Shown: piece after piece, positions 12,614 to 24,412 of the stretch
Layout: the number at the start of each line of letters is the position of its first letter
Position numbering within the stretch: position 1 is the stretch's first letter
Origin: Chiloscyllium plagiosum
Lineage: Eukaryota
Length of the DNA stretch: 64,000 nucleotides
Direction of reading: 5' to 3'
Assembly (NCBI RefSeq): GCF_004010195.1
Contig: NC_057718.1
Span: 50,787,018 to 50,851,017, forward strand
Translations under genes and position numbers: made by a program
Notes under the pieces: model-generated
Database searches by the model: none
What the model was told of the DNA's origin: nothing
The model's input: only the letters and a program-made list of their open reading frames with translations

Positions 12614-13404
12614 TCTTTTCCAGGGCAGTTAGGAATGGACAATAATTCTGGACTAGCCAGTAGCATTTCATCCCAAGAACAAATGAAAACCATTGTGCCT
12701 GGATGCCATAACTCATACAGAAGGTAGATTCACTTGAAAACAAAGATCAGGCAGAGAATAAATAATCCACTACCAAAAGGTGAGCTTGTCAACTCAGCAC
12801 ACCAGAATCTGATCTTTGGGTTCCAGTTAGGAAAAGAGGTTAACACAATCACATTGCTTGTGAGATACATAATCTCTAAATATTGACGTTCCGATTGCTG
12901 GACTGGCTTTTCAAACATGTTATCTTGTCAGTTTCTTAAGGAACTTCCTGGTAAAGTGTGCCATCAATTTATAGGCTCAGGTTGGGGTCATCAGTGCATC
13001 GTTTATGCTCAGCATATAATATTGCTGTCTTAGTAAGACATTAAATATTTGTGTAATTTGTTTTAAGTAACTCAGTCCATTCATAATTTGCTGTTCTGTT
13101 GCCAGAATATTTGGACATATCTATTAAACATTCCTTGAAATAATTTTAACATTGAACTCTGGTATGTAACTAAGAGGTAGCATCTAATTTATTGCTTGAA
13201 AGTGGATTCTTTCTGGACAGTTTGGCAAAGAAGACTTAAATCACTTGTTTGAAACATTGAGAACAAAAAAACCAAGCGTTGGTAAATGCATTTATTTTTA
13301 ACTGAAACTGCATATAATAAATTATTTGGTGAGGCAAGACATTTGGCAAGTTTTAGCTGAAACTGTACAGTAAACGAGTCGGACCACAACTGGAACAGTG
13401 CAAA

Positions 13405-13915
13405 CAATTGCCCCTTTTCTAAGGAGAGTTAGACTGGCATTACAAACAGTCCAAAGAAGGTTCCCTAGGCTGATAACAGGTGGGAGGAACAGTCCTTGGA
13501 GGCGGGGTTGAGTGGATTGGGCCTGTTGTCATTGGAATATAGAAGAATGAGAGGGAACTTTATTGCAGCATATAAGATTCTTGGACTTGATAGAATAGAT
13601 GCGGTTATTCGCCCTTGTGGGAGAGTTGAGGACCACAGGGCAAAATCTCAGAATAAAAAGTCACCTATTTAAGACAGTGAAGAGGAGGAGTTAGTCCTCT
13701 TGCCGGTAGTGAATCTGTGAAATTGTTTACTGCAGTAACCTGTAGATGTTGGTCTTCTAGTACATTCAAGGCTGAGATAGACAGATATTTTAATCAGTAA
13801 GGGAATTAAGGATTGTGGAGAAAAGGTAGGAAAGCTTATTCAACCAGCTACGATCACATTAATTGGTGGAGCAGGCTGAATGGCAGACTTCTGTTCCAAT
13901 GTCTTATGGTCTTCT
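13405..13915 (+). mobile_element. Decayed CR1 3' end
   Basis: gtccaaagaaggttccctaggctgata..agaagaatgagaggg..tacattcaaggctgagatagacaga..tcttatggtctt tail. Confidence 0.75.
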
Positions 13916-14156
13916 TCATCCTTAAACCTAATGTGGAGAGGTTAGACACCAGAGAGTTTGTTTCTTGGTGAAGAGTCCAAGGATGGTATTAAGGATTTAT
14001 CTGTTTCTTTGGTATAATGAAAAATATGTCCTAAGCTCAGTTTGTGTACCTACTGAAGAGCACCTGGCTTCATCTCACAATTAGCAAGATTGAAATAACT
14101 TGTACATGAAAGATGAGAACATTCAATTCATGCTGCAAGGGGCTGTTGTTATTATA

Positions 14157-14370
14157 TCCTGGTTAGCTCAGTTGGCTGGATGACTGGTTTGCAAAGCAGA
14201 GTGAAGCCAACAGCATGTGTTCAATGACCACACTGGCTGAGGTTATCATGAAGGACTCTCCTTCTAAACCTCTCCCCTCACTGAGGTTTATTAACCATCA
14301 GGTTAAATCATCACAAGTGATCTCTCTCAAATGAGTGCTATGCCCTGGTAAGACTATCACAACATTTTAC
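14157..14370 (+). mobile_element. tRNA-derived SINE
   Basis: A-box-like TGGTTAGCTCAGTTGG and degenerate B-box GTGTTCAAT, followed by a ~150-nt body; no tRNA cloverleaf. Confidence 0.6.
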
Positions 14371-17300
14371 TGACAGCCTGCTCCTTGAATATATCAGTAC
14401 TTTTCAGAGAAAAGGGAGAAACTAACCATTTAAAATGTAATATTTGTATGCTTATTTATGAAGCAGTAAATCAATTTTACATTTAGTCAGTGACAGCAGG
14501 TCACCAGCTATAAGCTGTAAACCCCACTTGAAACAAGCTGATGCCATCTACGGTTAGCGTGGATTGAAAGATTTTCCTTTACCTCAGCTGTGCACTCATT
14601 TAGAGATCGTCAATTATCAACTCAGCACAGTTGCAATTGTCTTAACATATTTATCCTAGAACAGCAACATTGTATCACAGAGAATAAAAGAGAAAAGTAC
14701 CATCAACGTTAGTAAATATGAATAAAAAAGAGAAACTCCCAAAATGGTAATGTGATCACAGCATATTTAATGTTATAAAATGTCCCTCTTCTTCATTTAC
14801 CAGCTCTTGAAATTGAGGATAACCTTTTTACACTCTGCATGCGTTGGTTCTGAGATGGCCGATAAGAATGAAGAAAATTGACTTTCAGAAAAGAAACATG
14901 TGCAATATGACGTATCATATAACACCTTAGCATAACAATTTGATTAAATAGTTTATTAAAAAAATAGATTTCACACCTCAACGGTCTGGAAACTATCACT
15001 TACGTAACCTGGTCTGTGTATCATATCACATATTTGGAAAAGTTATAGTTTGCAGTATGCTGTCAGAAAAAAATATTCATTACCTGTGATTTATAGACTA
15101 ACATTGATCTGATCTGTGCAGGTGAGAGGAAAGTACAGATCATTTTAAAGAATATTCTGATCATTAGATAGATTCACTCTGATCATTTTTAAACTCCTTA
15201 AAAAAGGATTTCAGATTATCTGTGGACCTCCTTGAGGTTACTTAACTTTCCTTGGTGCTAATGCAATAATGCAATAAAGGTTGTTTATTAAATGCTTGTT
15301 TTAAAGTTTAGAGATAAGGGTTCATTTCTACTGTATTCACAACATAATTACAAACTTCTCTATCGGAGACAGATTTATAATTTTGCTACACATAGAGTTA
15401 TAGAGATGTACAGCACAGAAACAGACCCTTCGGCAAAGTCCTAACCTTGCTACCTGAGTGACCATCTTTGTTTTGCACATTTAAGTTGTTTTGTATAATC
15501 TACATTTTAATAGAAAAGTCAATGTCTTATTACACAATTCTTCTTGTAATAATTTTATCAGGGCTCTATGTATAGATAAAGTGAAGTACTGAAACACATT
15601 TAAAAAATTGTAATGCAAGTTAATTGTAACACAATGAGATTATAGCACTTTAAAAAAAATTGCAAGAAATTTCATTCAATTGTTCTACCTGTACGATTGG
15701 TATATCTGTGGCGGTGGGATAGGGGTGCGCGGGGAGTGCCTGCATTCAGAAATCCTGGACCTGCCTACTCCAATGTGGGGGGGGGTGGGAATTTCAGATC
15801 CCCCTGCTATTTCATGAAGATTAGCTCATTTTGGCAAAAGGTGAACCAAAAATAATGGAAGAAGCTCAGTCCCGTGTGGAGAACCCAAAATTACGTTATC
15901 TATTTCCTGAAGTTCTTCCATTGACAGGCTTTCAAATACAAAAACACATGTTCTTTCAGCTTCAGTGGCTAAATATTGTATGATACATTAGATGTGTTTC
16001 ACGGTAGCATGAAATACAGTGACTGGACCTGCAAAGTTTAAGTTGATTATTACATTGATCAGTATTGATACTGATTAAGTATTAAAATGCATTGAAATAT
16101 TTTACCCCACAGAAAGAAAATAGCAATATCAATTCAAACGTTGTCAAAACATGAGCCTAGTAGTTCTCCTGTCATGTTTGAATGGAGACACAAACGTCCA
16201 CTCATCATCAACTTTGAAACAAAATGACCATGAATGTTTTTGAAGTTAAAAACATCTGAGATGCTATACTTCACTAACATGCAAACTATTTTGCAATGGA
16301 ATTGAAACTTCAGCTACAATTTTCAAACTGGGCTATCTGCTATTTCTGTTTCAATACACTCCATTGTTCACATGGTCGAGAATCTGTTTTGAGAGCTGGG
16401 CTGTTATGAATGCCTGCTTAATTTCAAAAATCCAGAATCACTTGTCTCAGCAGGTGGCTGTATTCAAATTTCGATTAAGTCTTAGGAGGCGTTAAATGTT
16501 TGTCTTGTGTTCAGTGGACAATGTTTGTTTACTGTTATAGCAAATTGACCACTTGAGGGGATGTAAACGATTTGAATGGCTTTTAGTGGATGAATATTGA
16601 TTTCATAGGAGTTGTCTTTGAATAAGAGAGCTGTTAGAATTTTTTTTATGTAAAATTCAAACAGATACTACAGCCTTCCCAAAGTGTTTACTGGGGAAGG
16701 AGCTACGGAGGGCACATGTGGGAGCATGATGATTACAGAGGGAATAGATTAGATTCCCTACAGTGTGGAAATTCATAAGGGATTGAGGGCATTGCGGTGG
16801 CTTGACAGGCATGGGGTATGGAGATCAAGTGGATATGTGGGGTTGAGGGTGGTGGCTTGACAGCCTGACATATAATCATTATAACTAGGTGAATTCTCCA
16901 GGAAATGGAGGCAGACATTCATCATCCTCCAGCCACCACTGTCAATTTAGAACTTAATCTGGAAGTGGCAGGCCCAATCTTTGTCCATTCCAACTTCCTG
17001 GAATGAAAACATGGCAAGCAGAGGCTCTTTTAAAGAAGATGGGTCTTTGGGTCAGAAATTCTCTCAATTCAACCTTTCTACCTGCGCCATGAGAATCTGT
17101 CCTCTAAATTTTCTTGGTCTACCAATCAAGCAAGTGTTGTCTACATCATCCCAGCAATGGAAAGGAATAGAATTGATACTAAAGGAAGAGGCACGGTGAT
17201 CAATACGACAGGTTTAAGGAGGCAGTGTGGTTTTTCTGCCCACTTCACACCTAACTGACATTTTACAGAGAGGCAGGACAAGGAAGGGCAATCTGTAAAC

Positions 17301-18199
17301 CTTCAGCCTAATGAGGCATTATCCTGTTACCACCTCAGGCATGGCAGAGAATTAGGCTGCATACTATGCAGAAAATATGGTAGTTTTAGCTGTCCAGTGT
17401 GCTGTCATGGAAGGGAGCAGGGAGTCTTCCATTGTGGGCCATGCTGTCTATTGGCCACATTCCAGCCAAATATAATTTCCTCCATCTTTAAGCTTCTCCT
17501 CTGTGTTTCTGAACTTGATCTCCCACACGCCTTACTGTGACCCCGACCTGGGTCCTTGACGTGGTATATTTGCTTCTAGCCCAGCAATGGCAGGAGCTTC
17601 CACTGGCAGCTCTCTAAGGTGGGAATTCCTTCAAAGAAATTGGCCAAAGTCTTGTCTTGCAGAAATTGCCTACACTGCCAGTTATTGGGATCATGGGCAG
17701 TCTCCCTCAAACTTTTAGCTGAAGAACAGGCAATATGTGCCCCATGGAGTTTAGCTGAATGAGTTTACATAAAAGTTGTTACTCAGCAAAGTAAAATAAA
17801 AGTCTTTGATTCAAATGACAAATAAATTAGATACATCCAAGTTAAGAATTTCCAGATTTCTGGGCAGATGCTGGCACAGCGTACAATTTGTTATTTACAC
17901 ATTGCATTTGAATCCCAAGAGCAGATATAGATACAAATGAATTAAATATAGCATCTGCTATGTTAACCTCAAAATACCTGGAACTTGATTTCATCCAATG
18001 AAATACAGTAAAGTGGTCATGTTATAAAGTTTTTAAAACGGTAATTTTGGCTTGGCTACAAACCCAGTTGGCTGAATTATGAAAACAGAAAAATTTATGA
18101 AACATCATATCATAACAGTACTAATGAGGTACTTCTCTGTACTTGTTTGAATGTTATTTGAAGTTGAGCAGGGAAGAAACAAAAAAATTGTATATCACA

Positions 18200-21100
18200 A
18201 GATTTCTATTATAAGAAACATTTTATTAACAAAAAACAGTAAATTCCACTGGCTTAGCATTTCCAATAATGGTTAACTTGGCTTTTGCAACAAAATTTTC
18301 TTTCAATATTTATCACACAAAGCACTCGAAGATGGGGCTTCAGAATGAGTTTGCTTGTTTTATCTTGTGTGAAATGCATCATTCATAAGTAAAATTTCAT
18401 ACAGTTTTAAAACAAGAGTTTGCCAAAAACACAACACATTACAGTACCAAACAGTATCAACCTAAATGAGATTTGGAAACTGCCATGCTAGGGGCTGTAG
18501 GTAGTTTAAGACATAAGAAAAAGTTGCTTCGGTGCAGCCATTAAACCAAATTATTGACTGCATGGATACAACCACCTTGGCAACATGAATAGCTTAAAAC
18601 TGTCTAGTTAGTCAAGTGCTAGTTACTTTACAATATATTCTACTGTTGTCTAGTTGCTTTCTAAAGCTCCTACAGCCACTTTTAATGTCTTTCTGACTGT
18701 ATGAGCATGTTTAATAATGGGGTTAACTAAAGTTAACAAATATTTTTATTCCATCTTTCGCCTGTTGTTTGTTATCAATCACCAGCCCATGGACCTCTTT
18801 CACGTATCTTTGCATCACCATACCAATGCACTTCAGGAGAATAACACCTTGCACCTGTCATGTTCCCATGCTGAATCCAGAAAACCATGAGACCTAAAAA
18901 CTGATCTTAGTCGCAGTGAAATTTTCTCAACAAAATCCAAAACTGTTTCCTAATAGGCAGATAACCACAACTTGAGTGGGAATAAAATAATATTGATCTC
19001 ATTTGCTTTTAAGTTTAGTCTTCTGGGATTTAGGATTTCCTTCTGTTAGAATTAGAAGATAAAATGTTTTGTAGACATTCTTAATTTCTTGATTATAAAT
19101 ATCAACGATAGCTTGTGTGAGAAGGTTGAACATTGTTAATTTGTATTACTTGTTACTGGAGACATAGTTAAATGGATTACAATTGCAGGCATACAATAGT
19201 TCGAGACAATAAAATGGGTCAGTAATCTCATGTTAGTATTCATATTAATATTTAAATGGGTGCAGTCTTCAAAAACAACTTTTCCAGAATGTCTATAAAT
19301 GCTCAATATAATAACATAAATCACATCACAACATAGCACAACAAGGTGCATGTGATGTTAGGGTGATTAAGGACTTATCTGCTCAACCTCTCTTCCTCAG
19401 AAACTGAGAGTTTTATTTTGATGTACAGGATGACAGCACAACTTTGTCTCCAAGGTAAAAACAAAATGATCAAAAATGAGTCTTGTTTAGACAGGATTTA
19501 TCTGAGGTGGATAGCACAAAGTGACAAACATAATGAATTGTTTTCGGGGTAACTGAGGCGGCTGGAGCAGTTGGCAAGGAGGCTACAGCAATCCAAAATG
19601 ACTGCTGACAAAAATGCATGATTTCTGTTATGTTGTGGCCCCTGCTGTTTAAAGCTAATTTTAAATTCCTCCGTCCTATTTGAATGCATGAACATCTATT
19701 TTTCTCCCAGGAGGTCTTCTCGCAATTGAGCTGGTTTCCCTTGAAGTACACCCATAGAACCTAATATATTCCCTTTGTATTTGATTTGAAGTACATTACA
19801 ACTGGGTTTATTGCTGTGAGATAATCTAAAAAATAATATAGAAGCTAAATAATGAGCTCTTAAGATCTGTATAGTTTAATATTCCACAAATTGGACTGTT
19901 CAGTCAAAGCTAAAAATTAAAAACTCTCAATGCTCTAATGTTAAAGTTTCCAACTTTTCAGATGAGTTAAGGGGCTTTTTAAAAAAAGAAACAATGAAAC
20001 TAAACATTAAAAATAGGAACAAATAACCAACTGTATTTTCTGCAATGACTCCATAGATACTTCGGAGGATTTCCATGTAATAAGTACATTGACATTAAGC
20101 AACATCAAAATGGGGCTTACAAATAATTGAAAGATCAAAGATTCCTTTAAGCATTTCTCATTTTCCCCATGGGATATAGCAAACATAAAAAGAGGAAATA
20201 ATTGAAAACAATTTCAAATCATTGACCTTACAAAGATTTCATAGCATTAGCCACCATTTAATTTTAAAACTCACTTTGTTTCCCACACAACAAAACCTCA
20301 TAAAAACGTAAGAGATTACAGTCTGAGTCAATTACAAAAAATGCAGCTAAATTATACGTACATTCATATGTATCCCCTCATACATGTATGGTAGACATTC
20401 AATACAATTAAAATAAAAAAAAAAGAAGTTTGAGACTATTAATGACGGCTGCAAAACACATTTTAAAATTGCAGACGTCATCAACAACTTCAAACCTGTC
20501 TAAACCTAGCTACAGCTATAACATTACATTTACCAAAAAATGTCTGGTTAGCAGAGATATTTGCATTGTCTATACAACAGGCTATAAAACATCACTCATC
20601 ACAGTCCAGAAAGCACATATATGTGTTTGTATAAATGTATGTAATAACATATTAGCGTGCATGAAAATTTTCAAATGATTGTATCTATGCTCTCTTTTAT
20701 CTGTGTATATCCATGCCTTACATTTCCTGTGGAAGAAATTAAGGCTTTCCTTACGTCTTACAACCAGAAAGGGATTATTCCACTTTATACTATTTTAACA
20801 TTAGTCTTATGTTGTAGCCAGCACTTAAACACAGGTCGCCCATGGATGTAAAGATGATAAACCCTTTACTGTCAAGGGTCTGCTAACTATTGTTTGTTTT
20901 AAGGTTCTTGGAGTAATGAGATTTCTGTCATGTTGCACAATTGTTTAGCACTTTGGCTGAAAACTCATGGGTAACAGGTAGATTCTCTGTGCACTGTTGT
21001 AATACTCTTCTTTATGAATGCTTCATGCTGTTGTCTCCACAGTAAAGTTCGGACAACGAGAAGATGGAGCGAATGAAAACACTGTGAACAAGTAGGAGAC

Positions 21101-21288
21101 TTCAACCAGCTTGAAATGTTAATGCTTACTTTACAAACTGTCGTCTTTCCTTCCCGATAATGTGTACTGTCCTTATCCTGTGTGCTTTGCAAAAAAGTAA
21201 ATCTCAGTTTTATCACGTCTTTGATAAAATGAAGTTTTTTTTTGTTTTCCTTTTCTCTTTTACACGCTTCTTTCTTCAGAATATACAA
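18200..21288 (-). other. nrxn1: Probable 3'UTR of nrxn1
   Basis: AT-rich, no recognisable transposons, runs from the stop codon to an AATAAA with a downstream U/GU-rich tract. The 3' end is inferred. Confidence 0.55.
18222..18227 (-). terminator. Candidate polyadenylation signal AATAAA
   Basis: + strand tttatt; downstream on the minus strand is tgtttctt...ttttttttgtttc. Other AATAAA hexamers exist (e.g. 14952-14957). Confidence 0.5.
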
Positions 21289-21593
21289 TCAGACGTAGTA
21301 CTCTTTATCCTTATTCTTCTTGTTTTTGCTGGAATTTTTGGCATTGTTCACCTGCTTCTCTTTCACTACAGCCCCATTGGACTGAGCGGAGTTACTGATG
21401 TAGTTTCTGCTCTCATCCACATGGTAGGAGCCTTCGTCCCTATTCCTGTACTTGTACATTGCATACAGGAGGATGAGAATGCAAAGAGCAGCTGCTGCCA
21501 CAATTCCGACCACCATTCCTGTAGTGCTGCTCGATTCTCGAATCACTTCTGCTGTTCCTGGGAAGCCTCTGCCACCTGGTCCGGTGGGGTTTG
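21289..21593 (-). CDS. nrxn1: Neurexin-1 terminal coding exon (stalk end, transmembrane helix, cytoplasmic tail with PDZ-binding EYYV)
   Basis: Acceptor tctacAG at 21595-21594, phase 1. Translates (A)[103 protein letters not shown]. Neurexin identity is unambiguous; [10 protein letters not shown] and [12 protein letters not shown] favour NRXN1 over NRXN2/3. Confidence 0.95.
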
Positions 21594-22221
21594 CTGTAGA
21601 TACATCATGAAATAGGGAGGAGGTTACTACTGGGTTTTATAGCTTTCTATCATCTGTATAATTTAATAAAGGTGGGCAGAGGGATACAATACGGTATCTG
21701 GAAGGGGTTTCAAGCCACTGTTAAACACGTTTTTTCTGGCCACCAGTTTTAGAAAGGGATAGTGACAACAAAGCTTAACAGAAGCTAAACTAGGTATTGT
21801 GTGAGTGATTTCAAGTGCTTTATTAGTTCTGACTTCCTTTGCTTCTCACCATGGTGTCTGTACTTTGAAGTAACCTTCAAACATTGTTGTGCACAGTGTA
21901 GATAAATATTATCTGCTATTTAAATAAAGTTATGCAAAAATATTATCACTAGGTGGCAGTTTGGAATTAAATTACCCTACTTGTGCCTTCACTAAACACC
22001 ATGAAGGAGCTTTGCTACAAAGATAATGCCATCCCATTAACACAATTAGTGTTGTAATTTCAGGAATGCAACATAATCTTGCTGCAGACTTAAAAGAAAA
22101 CGAGAGTTTGTTGCTTTCAATAGTAAATCAAGAATGGCACATGATGAAACAAGGCAAAAGGTGCATGATCAAGTGGAGAAATGGATTCTAACTGGACTTT
22201 TGTGATCATTAAAATTATCTC
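21594..22221 (-). pseudogene. Degenerate remnant of the long SS5 exon extension homologous to NRXN2/NRXN3
   Basis: Colinear minus-strand peptide blocks EIILMITKVQLES..HAPF..VPFLI / TIESNKLSFSFKSAARLCC / CVNGMALS / FNSKLPPSD / LSTLCTTMFEGYFKVQTPW*EAKEVRTNKALEITHT / KLVARKNVFNSGLKPLPDTVL / PLPT / [21 protein letters not shown] parallel the recalled NRXN3 long insert, with stops and frameshifts. Confidence 0.85.
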
Positions 22222-23399
22222 CTGGGGAAAACAAAATGTAAGCTTTATTAGAAATGGGCACCACTGTGCAACTGCTGGTTTTAAAAGAAACCAAAAAGAA
22301 AACATGTTCAAGTGCAGAAACGTTAATATTGGACAACTTAGCAGCACATAATAAGACATATGAAATGGATGACAACTGTACTTGCTTTTTGTTGAATGCA
22401 GACATTAACATTTTAACATTTATCCTGAAAATATCAAAAAGTATGCTCACCATACAGATCAGTCAACAAATTGCCCCCATGATTTTGCATGAAGGAAAAA
22501 TGAAAGAAAGTTGTAAAAGAATGACCTTAAAACATGATTATATTTGTTTCTTGCATTATTTCAGCTTCATCATAAGATTATGGCATATCTTAAAACTGTG
22601 TTTAACTTTTACATTAGAAAACAAACCTATCAAAACATGACAGAATGTTAAATTTAAATGTTATACCAATGTACACCCCACCTTTATTTTACCAGATCCC
22701 TCTGATTTTCAAGGGAACCAATTTTGAATATTTTAACAAAGTGGTCTATTGAATTTCCTGTAAATTAAAATAAAATACAATAAAGGTCAAGTCACAGCCC
22801 AGGAACGATACATAATAAAGTGAGACATTCAACAAAGGTGGGTTATTTTCATCGTCACATGCATCAGGCTCTGAGATAAACTGTCTGTTAAATGTCAGAG
22901 CTTTTTTCAAGTTGTCGTTGAAATATTTTGAATAACAATGACTTATCTGAAATGAATAAATATTTCTCAAGTCAAATGTGTATGATATCTACACAAAGGA
23001 ATTATTAGTTAGTTCCATTTTGACATGGCTGTGAACCTAAAAAGATTCATGAAAACCATTTTTGGAGATAGCATGCAGACATAAACACTGAACCATGAGA
23101 AGGAATGGATCTTAACATGGTATGTGCAATCTTACCTTTTAAAAACAAGAAAAATAATTATGCAAAGTATCCACATCAAAATTAAACTATTGCACTTTTC
23201 AACAAATCTTTTCCCCAATACCTCAATGGGGCCCCAATAAATTCCTTCTCAGTTTACAGAAGTTCTGTTGCTTTGTCCACAACACTTGCAAGTCACATTG
23301 CCTTTAAGCCTTGCACTTACATTTAAAAAAAGGATAATAAAAGTGTGCACTCATCATTAATGATATTTGGCAGAGAAAGTCAATTTTCACAATTGATGA

Positions 23400-23748
23400 T
23401 AATAGAATCCCTACAGTGTGGAGACAGGCCATTCAGCCCATCAAGTTTACACCAACCTTCCAAAGATATCCCACCCAGACCCACATCCCCCACCCTATCT
23501 TGTAACTCCTTATTTCCCATGGCTAATCCACCTATCCTGCACTTCCGAGGATATATACTACAGGCAATTTTAGCATGGCCAATCCACCTAACCTGTACAT
23601 CTTTGGACTGTGGCAGGAAATCAGAGCACCTGGAGGAAACCCATGCAGACCACAGGGAGAATGTCTATGTGGAGCTTGCACAGTCACCTGAGGGTGAAAT
23701 CAAATCTGGGTCCCTGTTGTTGTGAGGCAGCAGTGCTAACTACTGAAC
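23400..23748 (-). mobile_element. V-SINE (HE1-like)
   Basis: tRNA-like head, V-domain (gggtttcctccaggtgctctgatttcctgccacagtccaaagatgt) and CR1-derived tail. Confidence 0.85.
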
Positions 23749-24209
23749 TCTTAAGATGAAATCACCACTGAAATCCCACTTCTTTTCAGAATATTGAGTG
23801 TTTGCTACATATTTGAAACTTGCTTAAATGTTCAGTCACGCCATAAAATTCTAAATCTCAAAATTATTTTTCGACAAAAGGAGGATTTTAGAATTAAGGT
23901 TCGAACAAAAAGAAAAAAGCACTAAAAAATGAAAATTTTTCAATAATAATACAAATCAGGACTAACAGAATAAAGATAAGCAATGATTATTATAGAACTT
24001 CAACCAGATGCAGAATGGTTTAGCAGATTAATTCATTTTGAAACTTTAAACTTTCAGCTTTAACAAATCAGAAGGATTAACGACTCAATTATGGATGCAG
24101 ACAAGTAACTTTTGTTGCAAGAAACATAAATTTGGTTCTATTGTGATATAATAGTATGTTTAATCTTGTAATTCTGCAATAAACTGAAATCTGCTCATTC
24201 AAGAACATA

Positions 24210-24412
24210 GGAGAAAGTGAGGACTGCAGATGCTGGAGATCAGAGCTGAAAATGTGTTGCTGGAGAAGCGCAGCAGGTCAGGCAGCATCCAAGGAACAGG
24301 AGAATCGACGTTTTGGGCATGAGCCCTTCTTTTCATGCCCGAAACGTCGATTCTCCTGCTCCTTGGATGCTGTCTGACCTGCTGCGCTTTTCCAGCAACA
24401 CATTTTCAGCTC
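24210..24412. mobile_element. Fold-back Penelope-derived short element with 17-bp direct repeat
   Basis: 80-bp arms 24243-24322 / 24333-24412, 10-nt spacer; GCTCATTCAAGAACATA at 24193-24209 and 24409-24425. Confidence 0.9.

Noticed and set aside
16620..17750. GC-richer degenerate blocks (also ~28700-29350, 42890-43385, 55265-55760)
   Set aside because: Probably old interspersed repeats; could not be classified or bounded.
20379..20390. Palindrome CATACATGTATG in the 3'UTR
   Set aside because: A 12-bp AT-rich palindrome is expected by chance in 64 kb.
21160..21615. 151-aa plus-strand hydrophobic ORF
   Set aside because: Antisense shadow of the neurexin terminal exon; its hydrophobicity derives from Lys/Asn codons on the other strand.
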